From positions 800,001-864,000 of the forward strand of contig OZ241981.1 in the NCBI GenBank assembly GCA_965204345.1: 64,000 bases of DNA, read 5' to 3'. Positions 42,513 through 51,988 of the stretch are shown here, in pieces. The translations under genes were made by a program, and so were the position numbers. Numbering within the stretch: the first letter of the stretch is position 1; each line of letters begins with the position of its first letter. The notes beneath the pieces are model-generated. The model saw nothing but the letters and a program-made list of their open reading frames with translations. It ran no database searches and had not been told where the DNA came from. The DNA comes from Nitrosopumilus sp. GTDB lineage: Archaea; Thermoproteota; Nitrososphaeria; Nitrososphaerales; Nitrosopumilaceae.

Positions 42513-44201
42513 GTGAAAGAAAAAATGAAAGAAAAAATCAAATGGAAAACCCTTCAACACAATGGAATCCTATTCCCTCCTGCATACGAGGCTCAGGGGA
42601 TTAAGATAAAGATCAAAGGGGAGACTGTAAATCTCGATCTGGCACAAGAGGAAATGGTGTATCAATGGGCAAAAAAGAAGGATACACCATATGCACAAGA
42701 CAGGGTTTTTCAGAAAAACTTTACAGCAGATTTTGCTAAAACATTAGACTCAAAATTTAAAAAAATATCATATGAGGATATTGATTTCTCAAATGCATAC
42801 AAAGTAGTTGACAGGGAAAAAGATCGCAAGGAAATGATGAGTAAGGAAGAGAGAAAAGTCCTTGCAGTAAAGAGAAAAGAGATACGTGAGAAACTAAAAG
42901 AAAAATACGGAATTGCCAAAATGGATGGCAAAGAAGTTGAGGTTGGAAATTACATGGCAGAGCCTCCAGGAATATTCATCGGCAGGGGAGAGCATCCGCT
43001 TAGAGGCAAATGGAAGCCACGTGTAACTGCAAAAGATGTTACGCTGAACATGGACAAAAACGCAAAGAAAACAATGGAAGGAAAATGGGGCAAAATTGTT
43101 CACGATAAAAATTCAACGTGGTTGGCCAGTTGGATGGATTTTCTAACACAAAAAAGAAAATATGTTTGGCTTGCAGATACTGCAGGATTAAAGCAGGATA
43201 AGGACAAAGAAAAATATGAAAAGGCAGTAAGGCTTGGAAATGAAATCAGAAAGATAAAAGATAGAATTGTCAAAGACATGAAAAATTCAGATCCTAAAAA
43301 GAGCAAGATTGCTACAGTCTGTTATTTGATTTATAGAACGGCAATGAGAGTGGGAGACGAAAAAGATCCAGACGAGGCAGACACAGTAGGCGCTACAACT
43401 TTAAGAAAAGAACACATCAAAATTACTTCAAACACCATAGAATTTGATTTCCTAGGTAAAGATAGCGTCAGATGGCAAGAAACAGTAGTTGCAGAAGGCC
43501 ACGACAAACAATTTCATGAAAACCTCAAAAAAATTGTAGAAAAGAAAAAACCCAAGGATGAAATTTTTGATGGAATCACATCCAGAAACGTCAATGCGTA
43601 TTATTCCAACATTGTGAAAGGTTTAACAGCAAAAACATTCAGAACATACCTTGCAACAAACGTAGTCAAAAAATATCTTGTAGAACATGATAAGATAAAA
43701 GAAAAAACTGCAACTGAAAAACTATACCATGCAAAACTGGCAAACCTGGAAGCTGCCATAATGTGTAATCATAAAAGAACTATACCCAAGACATTTGAGC
43801 AGTCATTACAAAAGAAAAGAGATACTCTGAAAAAGGTAGGTAAAGAACAGGCCTGGAAGAAAACTAAAGAGGTGCTCAAAAAAGTGGAAGCAAAGGAACC
43901 CAAAACAGACATCCAAAGGAAAAGTAAAACAAAAAGGATCAAGACACTAAATGAAAGAATCAAAAAACAGAAAATAAGACACAAAGAAAGATTAGAAAAA
44001 CTAGGATTACAGATTGATTTATCAGAAAAAACTAGGGATTACAATATTGGAACATCTTTGAGAAATTACATAGATCCTCGTGTTTTCAAGGCATGGACTG
44101 ACGAGGTAGGTGCAGAATGGGAAAAATTGTATACATCGGCGCTACAAAAAAAGTTCCTTTGGGTAAAAAATGAAAAGACCCCTTGGAAGGACATAAAATA
44201 A
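42513..44201 (+). CDS. DNA topoisomerase IB (eukaryote-like)
   Basis: WKTLQHNG, EPPGIFIGRGEHP, MRVGDEKD, FLGKD, AKTFRTY, CNH, SLRNYIDP. Confidence 0.95.
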   Translation: MKEKMKEKIKWKTLQHNGILFPPAYEAQGIKIKIKGETVNLDLAQEEMVYQWAKKKDTPYAQDRVFQKNFTADFAKTLDSKFKKISYEDIDFSNAYKVVDREKDRKEMMSKEERKVLAVKRKEIREKLKEKYGIAKMDGKEVEVGNYMAEPPGIFIGRGEHPLRGKWKPRVTAKDVTLNMDKNAKKTMEGKWGKIVHDKNSTWLASWMDFLTQKRKYVWLADTAGLKQDKDKEKYEKAVRLGNEIRKIKDRIVKDMKNSDPKKSKIATVCYLIYRTAMRVGDEKDPDEADTVGATTLRKEHIKITSNTIEFDFLGKDSVRWQETVVAEGHDKQFHENLKKIVEKKKPKDEIFDGITSRNVNAYYSNIVKGLTAKTFRTYLATNVVKKYLVEHDKIKEKTATEKLYHAKLANLEAAIMCNHKRTIPKTFEQSLQKKRDTLKKVGKEQAWKKTKEVLKKVEAKEPKTDIQRKSKTKRIKTLNERIKKQKIRHKERLEKLGLQIDLSEKTRDYNIGTSLRNYIDPRVFKAWTDEVGAEWEKLYTSALQKKFLWVKNEKTPWKDIK

Positions 44202-44244
44202 AATTAGAATGGTTTAATTTCCCAAATTTTGAGATGTACATCAT

Positions 44245-44359
44245 GCCGGGGTAGCTCAGCCTGGTTAGAGTGCCAGTTCAATTGGTAAACTCTAACGGTT
44301 CTCCAACTAAGGCAATACTCATAATCTGGAGGTCGCGAGTTCGAAACTCGCCCCCGGCA
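44245..44359 (+). tRNA. tRNA-Met (elongator, CAT) with 40-nt intron at non-canonical position 30/31
   Basis: Removing 44277-44316 gives anticodon arm CCAGA-CTCATAA-TCTGG; junctions form GAG/CTC, 3-nt bulge, TGCC/GGCA helix, 3-nt bulge. Confidence 0.9.
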
Positions 44360-44637
44360 CACACTAGGCTTTGAGATAAATCTAAAGCCATTCCAAGTTC
44401 CAAATCAGGATTTGTGTATGGCATCAGACTATAACACCCTTTCAGATTTTGATTCAACTCCAAAAAGGCTCACATGTCAAATTGAGAATGAAAATAAACG
44501 CATCTAGTGATAAAACCCAGTTTTCATTTAGTCTGTTTTTAATATTTTAATTTAATTCTCTCATAGAATTTGCAAACTGTGATTATTTCAGGAATACCAA
44601 ATGGTAATCCAGTTATCCAATCAAAATGAGATTGTAC

Positions 44638-45126
44638 TTACATTCCATCAGATGTTCCATTCCATGCACCAATGCCGCCTCCGGTGTCCCATATCTGAAA
44701 AGTATCAGACATCAGAATTATCATTATAACTAACGCAAGATAATATACTGCAACAGTTGTGATGATGATTGCCAGTGATTTTCGGTCTCTATTAATCACA
44801 TGTTTGTGGGACATAAATGCCACAAATCCTGCAACCAATCCCACAATTACTGAAGCCGTTGGTCCTAACACAGCATGAAAAGGAATTATTAAGACTGAAG
44901 CTGAAATTACACTCAGAGAAATTCCTTCAACCTTGATACTCTTTGATGCCCATGCAAACAAAAACCACGATATCATGGAAAAAACAATCGAGGTTAGCCA
45001 AACAGTACTACTACTAACTGAAAAATCTCCGGTCATAACCTGATTTCCCATATAATGTTGAAGTAATGCAATCAGTGGGAGCAATACCAAACCAGTAGCA
45101 ACAATTATCAAAAATCTAGTTTTCAT
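44638..45126 (-). CDS. Small membrane protein resembling an ammonium-transporter fragment
   Basis: MKTRFLII leader; W....W...K..G...V.I.P....GP..SVIVGLVAG pattern recalls late Amt helices. Confidence 0.6.
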   Translation of the reverse strand: MKTRFLIIVATGLVLLPLIALLQHYMGNQVMTGDFSVSSSTVWLTSIVFSMISWFLFAWASKSIKVEGISLSVISASVLIIPFHAVLGPTASVIVGLVAGFVAFMSHKHVINRDRKSLAIIITTVAVYYLALVIMIILMSDTFQIWDTGGGIGAWNGTSDGM

Positions 45127-45268
45127 TTTCTAAACTCCAAAATCATCTCCAACACAGGTATTATGATTTTAGGATTAATCATTCTAATATCAGTTTTGGA
45201 GTAAGAGTCTGACACACATCAAATCTCTAATTGAATCTCAAATGTCTCAGTTCCCAAACATCATAGAG

Positions 45269-45697
45269 TCAGGAATAATATTCCTTGAATCCCTTGTCAG
45301 TTGGGTGTATCTCAGTTTTAGGACCAAACATTCCCTGTTTGTGAACCACCTTCATCAGGCCATCCTTTTCCAAGTCCTCTAAAATGGCATCAAGTTCTTG
45401 GTTGTCTAATCCGGTATTTTTTTGAATGCTTTCAAATGTTTTTGAGCCCCTGTTAAGGGCACCTAAAACAAGATTATTTTTTGTCTGAGGCTTTGATGGG
45501 TTTATTTGAGGCTCAAAGGATTCTGATTGGTATTCCTGGGCAGGCTTGACAAAACTAGGCTCAAATGGCTTTGACTGCTGAGGCTGGATAAAATTTTTTC
45601 CTATACCTCTTTTTGCCAATAAGCGCGGAATGATTCTTGCCAGGGGAATTGCCAAGAAAATTATAATATAAATCCATGAAAAATTGGGATCTGCCAT
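45269..45697 (-). CDS. Membrane-anchored winged-helix protein
   Basis: N-terminal TM; FESIQKNTGL...LEDLEKDGL...TDKG. Confidence 0.7.
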   Translation of the reverse strand: MADPNFSWIYIIIFLAIPLARIIPRLLAKRGIGKNFIQPQQSKPFEPSFVKPAQEYQSESFEPQINPSKPQTKNNLVLGALNRGSKTFESIQKNTGLDNQELDAILEDLEKDGLMKVVHKQGMFGPKTEIHPTDKGFKEYYS

Positions 45698-45801
45698 TAG
45701 TTATTTCATGTATGAATAGCATAAATTTGTTAAGAGGAAAAATTCCAATTTGGGCATGATTTTGATTGTATTGGTATAATAATAGGTAGTATACAGGATA
45801 C

Positions 45802-46668
45802 ATGTTGTCAAAATACCAATCACCCAAAGTCAATGTAAACATGAGTGCAGCAAAGGGAGTCCTAGTTGCAATTATTATCCTCGTCATTATCGGCGTTGTG
45901 GCATCAGCATCAGTCAAAATAGTAGATGCCGGTAACAGGGGAGTGCTACTACACTGGAATGCAGTTGATATTACTGCCCCCCCACTAGATGAAGGAATAC
46001 ATTTTGTTGTCCCCTTCCAAGATGATATTGTGCAAGTGGAAGTTCGTACTCTAAAGTATGACAAGGATACTAGAAGTGCGTCAAAAGATCTTCAATCAGT
46101 AGAGACGACAGTTACTGTAAACTATCATCCAGATAAAGAACGAGTTCATGTATTATTCAAGGAAATTGGTTTAGATTATGAGAACAGAGTGATACAGCCA
46201 GCTATAGAGGAAACAGTCAAACAAGTAACTGCAAATTACAATGCCGAGGAATTAATCACAAAAAGACCATTAGTCAAGTCAGACATTGAGTCTGCAATTA
46301 GAGAAAGATTAAATCAGTTTGATATCGTAACAGAGGTAATTTCAATTACAGATTTTGAATTCTCGATATTATTTAACAAAGCAATCGAATCCAAGGTAGA
46401 GGCAGAACAAAATGCACTAAGGGCAGAAAATGACTTGAGAAGAATACAAGTAGAGGCCCAGCAACACGAGGCTACGGCAACAGGCATAGCAAATGCAAAC
46501 ATTGCAGAAGCCAAAGGTGAGGCAGAAGCAATTGGAATTATTAACAAGGCTTTAGCAGAGAATCCAAATTACTTGGAATGGCTAAAGACACAAACATGGG
46601 ATGGCCAGCTGCCCCTAGTTGTGGGTGAAGGCGGAACCCCATTCATACAAATCCCAGTCAAGCCCTGA
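45802..46668 (+). CDS. SPFH/prohibitin family protein
   Basis: N-terminal TM, EGIHFVVP, SKDLQ, AIESKVEAEQ coiled coil, WDGQLP. Confidence 0.92.
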   Translation: MLSKYQSPKVNVNMSAAKGVLVAIIILVIIGVVASASVKIVDAGNRGVLLHWNAVDITAPPLDEGIHFVVPFQDDIVQVEVRTLKYDKDTRSASKDLQSVETTVTVNYHPDKERVHVLFKEIGLDYENRVIQPAIEETVKQVTANYNAEELITKRPLVKSDIESAIRERLNQFDIVTEVISITDFEFSILFNKAIESKVEAEQNALRAENDLRRIQVEAQQHEATATGIANANIAEAKGEAEAIGIINKALAENPNYLEWLKTQTWDGQLPLVVGEGGTPFIQIPVKP

Positions 46669-46683
46669 GTAACTTGGAAAGTT

Positions 46684-46983
46684 TTATTCTTTATCCCTAG
46701 TATTTTCCCTGATTGCATCATACATTGCAAGGAATTGATCAGGCTCGTTCTGCCTGTAATTTTTTTCAATCTTTTGAATTTCATCATGAGTAATTTTTTC
46801 TCCCTTTTTTTCATAGTATTCCTTAATAATTTGGGACGGAGTTTTTTTGATATCGTATTTTCGGAGTGATTTATTGACAGATCTTTTACAAAACAAGTCA
46901 TATATCAAAAACCGATAAGCAAGATAGCCAGACAGGCCGATAATAGTAACGATAAGAATGGGGATTATAAGGACTGTAGCCAT
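46684..46983 (-). CDS. Hypothetical single-TM protein
   Basis: Clean 99-aa ORF with N-terminal hydrophobic helix. Confidence 0.7.
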   Translation of the reverse strand: MATVLIIPILIVTIIGLSGYLAYRFLIYDLFCKRSVNKSLRKYDIKKTPSQIIKEYYEKKGEKITHDEIQKIEKNYRQNEPDQFLAMYDAIRENTRDKE

Positions 46984-47258
46984 ATTGATTTGATAAATGA
47001 TTTGATATTTGATTGTTATTCTTCAAATGGGCAACAACTCTGCTTTGGCGATTTGGTAAAATGGCTCAAGGGACACGAGTTTACAAAAATTACGGGGCTT
47101 GATTTGACGTAAAAAAGAAAAGATGTTATTGCAAATATTTGCCCAAAATACATGATCTGATCTCTGAAATTAATATTAAAACCCGGATGTAGGTAAAAAA
47201 AATCAAAAAAACAGACAAAAAAATGCCAGGCTAGAATCATGATTATAAAAACAAAATT

Positions 47259-48134
47259 TTATTTTTTAGCCATTACAAAGTCAACATCATAATTTAAAAT
47301 TGCGCGTGGATTTAATTCTAGGTTCCAAGGTATATGTGCAGGATTGCGTGTTTTTGATAAGATTTTAAAACCCAAGTTATCCAGATACAGGCGTAATGCC
47401 ATCTCATCAAGAGGCTTTTTCACAGATTGGACACCCCGGTCAAAATCATAGGGATCAGTGACTACAAGAAAGCCACTAGAGATTTGTTTGGATATACAGT
47501 CTAATAATTCAGTAGGTTCAATTAACTCTAAAACATTCATGGCAAGAACAAGATCAAATTTTAGTTTGCCAAATACGGGAGACAGAAAATCAGACACAAC
47601 ATAGTCAAGATTGTTCTTGTAAGATTGCTTTGCATATCTTAGTGCAGTAAAAGATCTGTCAATTCCAAAGACCATCTCATGGGATTTGGCAAGAGACAAA
47701 GTCATAATTCCAATAGAGCAGCCATATTCCAACACAAAATTTGATTTTTTTATCATCTGGAGATTTTTTTTTATTACAGAATAAAATTTTGAATTTTTGC
47801 TATTTTGATATATTAGAGACCAGCGTTCTTCAAGGGCAGTTCTGTCATCATAAGTAGCGTGACTAATTTTAGAGAGGGATGATTTGACAAACTTTTTCAA
47901 AGTTTGATTCTGTACTAATTGATACAGCTTACCGCCCAAGCTTTTCCTAAAAGACAGATAATCAGAGAAATCATCCCACATGATGGGGATCTTTGCAATT
48001 ATAGGGAATTGCAGACTGCATTTTTTACATTCTAAAATTCCTTCCTCAATTTCTTTGTCAATTTTGAATATGTGAGGGTCTAACCTTGCACCGCATCTGA
48101 TACAACACAAAAAATCAAGGGTGGATTCTAGCAT
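47259..48134 (-). CDS. Class I SAM methyltransferase with N-terminal Trm112-like Zn ribbon
   Basis: CCIRC...CKKC..FPIIAKIPIM, then VLEYGCSIG, GIDRS, FDLV. Confidence 0.8.
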   Translation of the reverse strand: MLESTLDFLCCIRCGARLDPHIFKIDKEIEEGILECKKCSLQFPIIAKIPIMWDDFSDYLSFRKSLGGKLYQLVQNQTLKKFVKSSLSKISHATYDDRTALEERWSLIYQNSKNSKFYSVIKKNLQMIKKSNFVLEYGCSIGIMTLSLAKSHEMVFGIDRSFTALRYAKQSYKNNLDYVVSDFLSPVFGKLKFDLVLAMNVLELIEPTELLDCISKQISSGFLVVTDPYDFDRGVQSVKKPLDEMALRLYLDNLGFKILSKTRNPAHIPWNLELNPRAILNYDVDFVMAKK

Positions 48135-48230
48135 CTTCGGACAACAAATCTGCAGTTGATGAACTAATAATTTCTTGGATAAAAAAATCAAGGTAGTCTT
48201 AAATGGAGTAATTTTGGGATTTTATACAAA

Positions 48231-49427
48231 ATGGGGGAATTTCAGGAATTCGTAGAGGCCTTGTTTGGTCAATTGGCAGTTGAAATTGACGAGGAAAAAG
48301 AAATTTTGGAGTTGGCAGCAAAGGCCAGGGAGGATATTTTAGACAAGGTAAAATTTAAAGAATTAGACGAAATTGCAAATAGTGTATTTAGGGATTTTAA
48401 GGATAAGATAGAGGGATTTATGGGAATTGAAATTGCAAATAGTCTGTCACTAGAGCATTTGGAGTTGGAGGAATTTAAAAAAATGAAAGGCAACAAGGTG
48501 TTTGCAGATACAGAATCAAAGGAGTTTGTCAGGGAATTATTTAATGCAGTTGCAAAAGAAGACAAGGCAAAAATTGCAGAGTTGATGGAACAAAATACTG
48601 CAAAATACTTGGTATATTCCACATATGCAATTCAGTACATATCAAAAATCACAACAACGTATGGGGATTATCTTGATTCTGTGATTTATTTGAATAAATT
48701 TATCCTATCTAGATACCCACAAATAATTTTACACAAACAAGGCGAGCCGTACGAGTCAAGATTTGAAAATGTAAACTCTGGTTATTTGGGAGCAGTAAAA
48801 ATGACAGTTATTGAGGAAACAATACACTCAATGCAAGAAAACCTGCAGCAAGTAAACAAAAACGCAGCAATGCAAGTAAACAAAATTAACGAGGAGCTGG
48901 CAAACATAATCTTATCATTGGATGCTAAAACCATTAACAATCTCTCAGAATACTGTCAGTTGCAAGCGGTTCCAGATGATTTTCCATTTGCAAAAAAAGC
49001 AAACTTGTTTTTCTTTTTGAATCCAGATCATTTCTTGATTGAACAAATAGGTCCGGACGTAATGACATTTACGCATGTAGAGATAGACCCGAAGATAGGA
49101 GAGCTAATCCCACAACTTTTGGATATTTACAAAAGATGGCTGGTTCCAATTCAGCAACATCATGCAGCGTTTACTGCAATGGAAGGCATGGCAGGATTTG
49201 TGATTGAAAGCATCCTAAGGGAGGATATTGACTTTCAGAATTATCTTACGACGTTTATGGGAACGGATTTCTCATCATACCAAGTCAGAAAGAGCATGGG
49301 AAAGGACTTTACAAAAGCAGTATATCAGGAATTAGGCAAAAATACCTTCAAAAAAATGATTGAAATTCCGCCAAATACACGAGAGCTTAAAGATCCCCAA
49401 CTGTACATTAAAAAATTGAGTCAGTAG
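48231..49427 (+). CDS. Hypothetical protein, possibly degenerate zincin (DUF2342-like)
   Basis: EETIHSMQ and FTAMEGMAGFV resemble HExxH..Q / M..EGHA..V. Confidence 0.6.
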   Translation: MGEFQEFVEALFGQLAVEIDEEKEILELAAKAREDILDKVKFKELDEIANSVFRDFKDKIEGFMGIEIANSLSLEHLELEEFKKMKGNKVFADTESKEFVRELFNAVAKEDKAKIAELMEQNTAKYLVYSTYAIQYISKITTTYGDYLDSVIYLNKFILSRYPQIILHKQGEPYESRFENVNSGYLGAVKMTVIEETIHSMQENLQQVNKNAAMQVNKINEELANIILSLDAKTINNLSEYCQLQAVPDDFPFAKKANLFFFLNPDHFLIEQIGPDVMTFTHVEIDPKIGELIPQLLDIYKRWLVPIQQHHAAFTAMEGMAGFVIESILREDIDFQNYLTTFMGTDFSSYQVRKSMGKDFTKAVYQELGKNTFKKMIEIPPNTRELKDPQLYIKKLSQ

Positions 49428-49430
49428 CAA

Positions 49431-50249
49431 TTGGAAGAAAAATTTGATCCGCTTGTTGCAGAATGGTTTTCATTTGTAAAAAATCCAAACTTCAATCTGG
49501 TGGAAAAATGTTTAAAATTTGCTCAGATTTTAGAATATCCGGAACTAGACGTAGATGATTACATCCAAAAAATAAATCACATAGGTAAATCATTAAAGGA
49601 ATCAATAAGTGATGTAAAGAATCCAACGTATGTTATTTCAATGTTAAATGAGCATCTCTTTGAAAATTTGGGTTTTAGTGGAGACGATGATGATTACTAT
49701 AATCCAAAAAATAATTTTCTAAACGAAGTAATTAACACAAAAACAGGCTTGCCCATTACTATTTCAATTTTATATTCAGAGATTGCAAAATTTGCAGGAT
49801 TAGATCTTAGAATTGTAGGATTCCCAGGTCACATATTGGTAAAATACAATGAAGAGATGATTTTAGATCCGTTTTATGATGGACGCCTATTGGACATAGA
49901 TGATTTGCAAGAAATTTTAGATGTTAATTTCGGGGGAGAGTTGGAATTTCAACCAGAATTTTTAGACGAAATAAAACCCGAACAAATTCTTGTACGCTTG
50001 ACTCGAAACCTGAAAAATTCTTATATCCAATCGTTTGTTTATGACAAGGCACTGCGGTGTGTTAACATGGTTTTGGCAATAGAGCCAGAATCACCTGAAG
50101 ACATACGAGACAAAGGAATACTAGAAGAAAGGTTACTGAATCACCAAAACGCATTAAAATATCTGAATAAATATTTAGAAATAAACCCAAATGCAGAAGA
50201 TGCAGACTTTATCTTAGAATTAATTAGAAGTATAAATACAAAAAATTAA
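49431..50249 (+). CDS. SirB1/YchA transglutaminase-like protein with TPR
   Basis: YYNPKNNFLNEV, GLPITISILY, GFPGHILV, LDPF, RDKG TPR. Confidence 0.88.
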   Translation: MEEKFDPLVAEWFSFVKNPNFNLVEKCLKFAQILEYPELDVDDYIQKINHIGKSLKESISDVKNPTYVISMLNEHLFENLGFSGDDDDYYNPKNNFLNEVINTKTGLPITISILYSEIAKFAGLDLRIVGFPGHILVKYNEEMILDPFYDGRLLDIDDLQEILDVNFGGELEFQPEFLDEIKPEQILVRLTRNLKNSYIQSFVYDKALRCVNMVLAIEPESPEDIRDKGILEERLLNHQNALKYLNKYLEINPNAEDADFILELIRSINTKN

Positions 50250-50419
50250 TCAATAATAGATTCTACATCGGTTCCTTTTTTGATCATTGATATTTCATAA
50301 CGGGCAATTTTATTTCGTAATGCCCCCTTGAGAATATCAATTTCACCTCTAAGCAACGCAATTTCATCTTCAAGCTTTGCAACTCGTTCATAGATGGTTT
50401 CAGCTTCTGAGCTCATCAT
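50246..50419 (-). CDS. Small coiled-coil hypothetical protein (57 aa, not in track)
   Basis: MMSSEAETIYERVAKLEDEIALLRGEIDILKGALRNKIARYEISMIKKGTDVESIID. Confidence 0.7.
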   Translation of the reverse strand: MMSSEAETIYERVAKLEDEIALLRGEIDILKGALRNKIARYEISMIKKGTDVESIID

Positions 50420-50449
50420 TATCTATCAACAAAAAAATTGTCTTAAAAA

Positions 50450-51988
50450 GTTATGGGTAAATATCCTGAGGGGCAGATTAGCTTTTTGAACTATGGCCTA
50501 ACATAGGCAATACAGGCTGCTTTGACTCATTTTTATGCTTGAAAAAATCTTCAAATTCCGGTCTTGTTTTCTTAGTACCTACAATATGTTCAAAACTGCA
50601 AGTTTCAGAAAATACTTTTTTAATTTTTGATTAATATTTGGAATTGGCATTGCACGGCAATTTTGCTCATAAAGCCAACTTAGCATTCCATCTATTGCAG
50701 AAAATATACAAAATAATCAAAGACAGAAATTTCCTTCAAAATGAGCATTGCTAACAATTAGCATACGTTCTTTGACATGGCAAAAAACACGTTTGTTCAC
50801 ATCATCTACAAAAATACCATCATTATGCTTTATTCTGTTCTTTAAAGAAAGAATTTACAATGTTGAATTATTCTCAATGGCTTTTCTTCGCTCTTTACTT
50901 TCTGCTTTGATTTGCCTGAGTTGTGATTTAATAGAACTTTGTCTTTCTTTTTGTAGTCTATCTTGCTCTTCTTTTTGCAGATTAATGATTCAAACTGTTT
51001 GCATATGGAACCGTAATGACCAACCTTAGTTTATTTCCCCTCTCGCACATATACAACAACTAGTCTTGTACGGTCTATTGCACATTTCCCATGACAACTT
51101 TTGTACACCATAAAGTCACCTAAAGTGAAAAGAATATCCTTTTGATGAATTGTGCATGAAAGACATTCTTGCAACAATATATGCAAACCGGTTTAGACTA
51201 GGAATTTCTGACGGGATAGTCTTAAAGACATCTCCCTTCTCTGAATTAAGATATGCTTTGAGATTTTGCATGTCATGCTAGCGCTTTTAATTACTGGCTA
51301 GATCAAAAATCAATGAAATTACAAGTCAGACTTGATGCCAAACGCTGTTTATCAAGTATTGCTGATGAGAATTCAGGCAACCGTTTTAGGGATGAAAATG
51401 GACACAGGCTATTAGAATCCAATATTAGCATAGCAAGTTGTATCCGGCAAAGTTTCAGTGATGTGTAGAATTCAGAAAATATCTCAAATATTGTTTGTCT
51501 AATTTAGAAATTCCAGTCCTAAACCATAAAAATATAGAATGTTTGTATCAGTACAAACTGCAGATTAGAACTTGGATTTTGAGACTAGTCCCAAATGTAT
51601 TGGGTGGTTTTTCTCATCCTTTCAGTTATAGGTCGCTTTCCATTCTGAAACAAGTCTGTGGCCTCTTGTTTGGTTATGACTCGTTTGTTAGCTAATATAT
51701 GCAGTAAAGCAATCATGCGGTTGTCTTCTTCCTTAGGATAAGGCATTATGCTGTAGCCGTCCTTTTTGTTAATGCTTTTTCTGGCTCTATGTGTATCTCT
51801 TGCCCGTTGTCTCTGGATTTAAAATAGATTCGTGCCCCCTTCTCAAAATGATATGTTTCAAGATACTGATTGGACCCAAATACAAGCACTTGAGCCTGCG
51901 GTTTGATGGCAAGCCATGTTAGATGATTGTTAATAATTCCCAGGATTCTCCAGTCTCCGATTTTTGGAATATGATCAGTCAAGAGCAC
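50450..51988 (-). pseudogene. Decayed gene fragments including a frameshifted wHTH-like gene
   Basis: 80-aa ORF 51746-51988 coupled (TAATG) to MPYPKEEDNRMIALLHILANKRVITKQEATDLF..., continuing IHLGLVSK in another frame; further broken frames to ~50.5 kb. Confidence 0.5.

Noticed and set aside
42513-44201. Topoisomerase IB (and divergent FtsZ at 4713) as novelty
   Set aside because: Established hallmarks of Thaumarchaeota.
44278-44463. 61-aa minus-strand ORF
   Set aside because: Overlaps the tRNA-Met gene; spurious.
47016-47240. 74-aa ORF / possible endonuclease III remnant
   Set aside because: Low-complexity, no convincing Cys motif in one frame.
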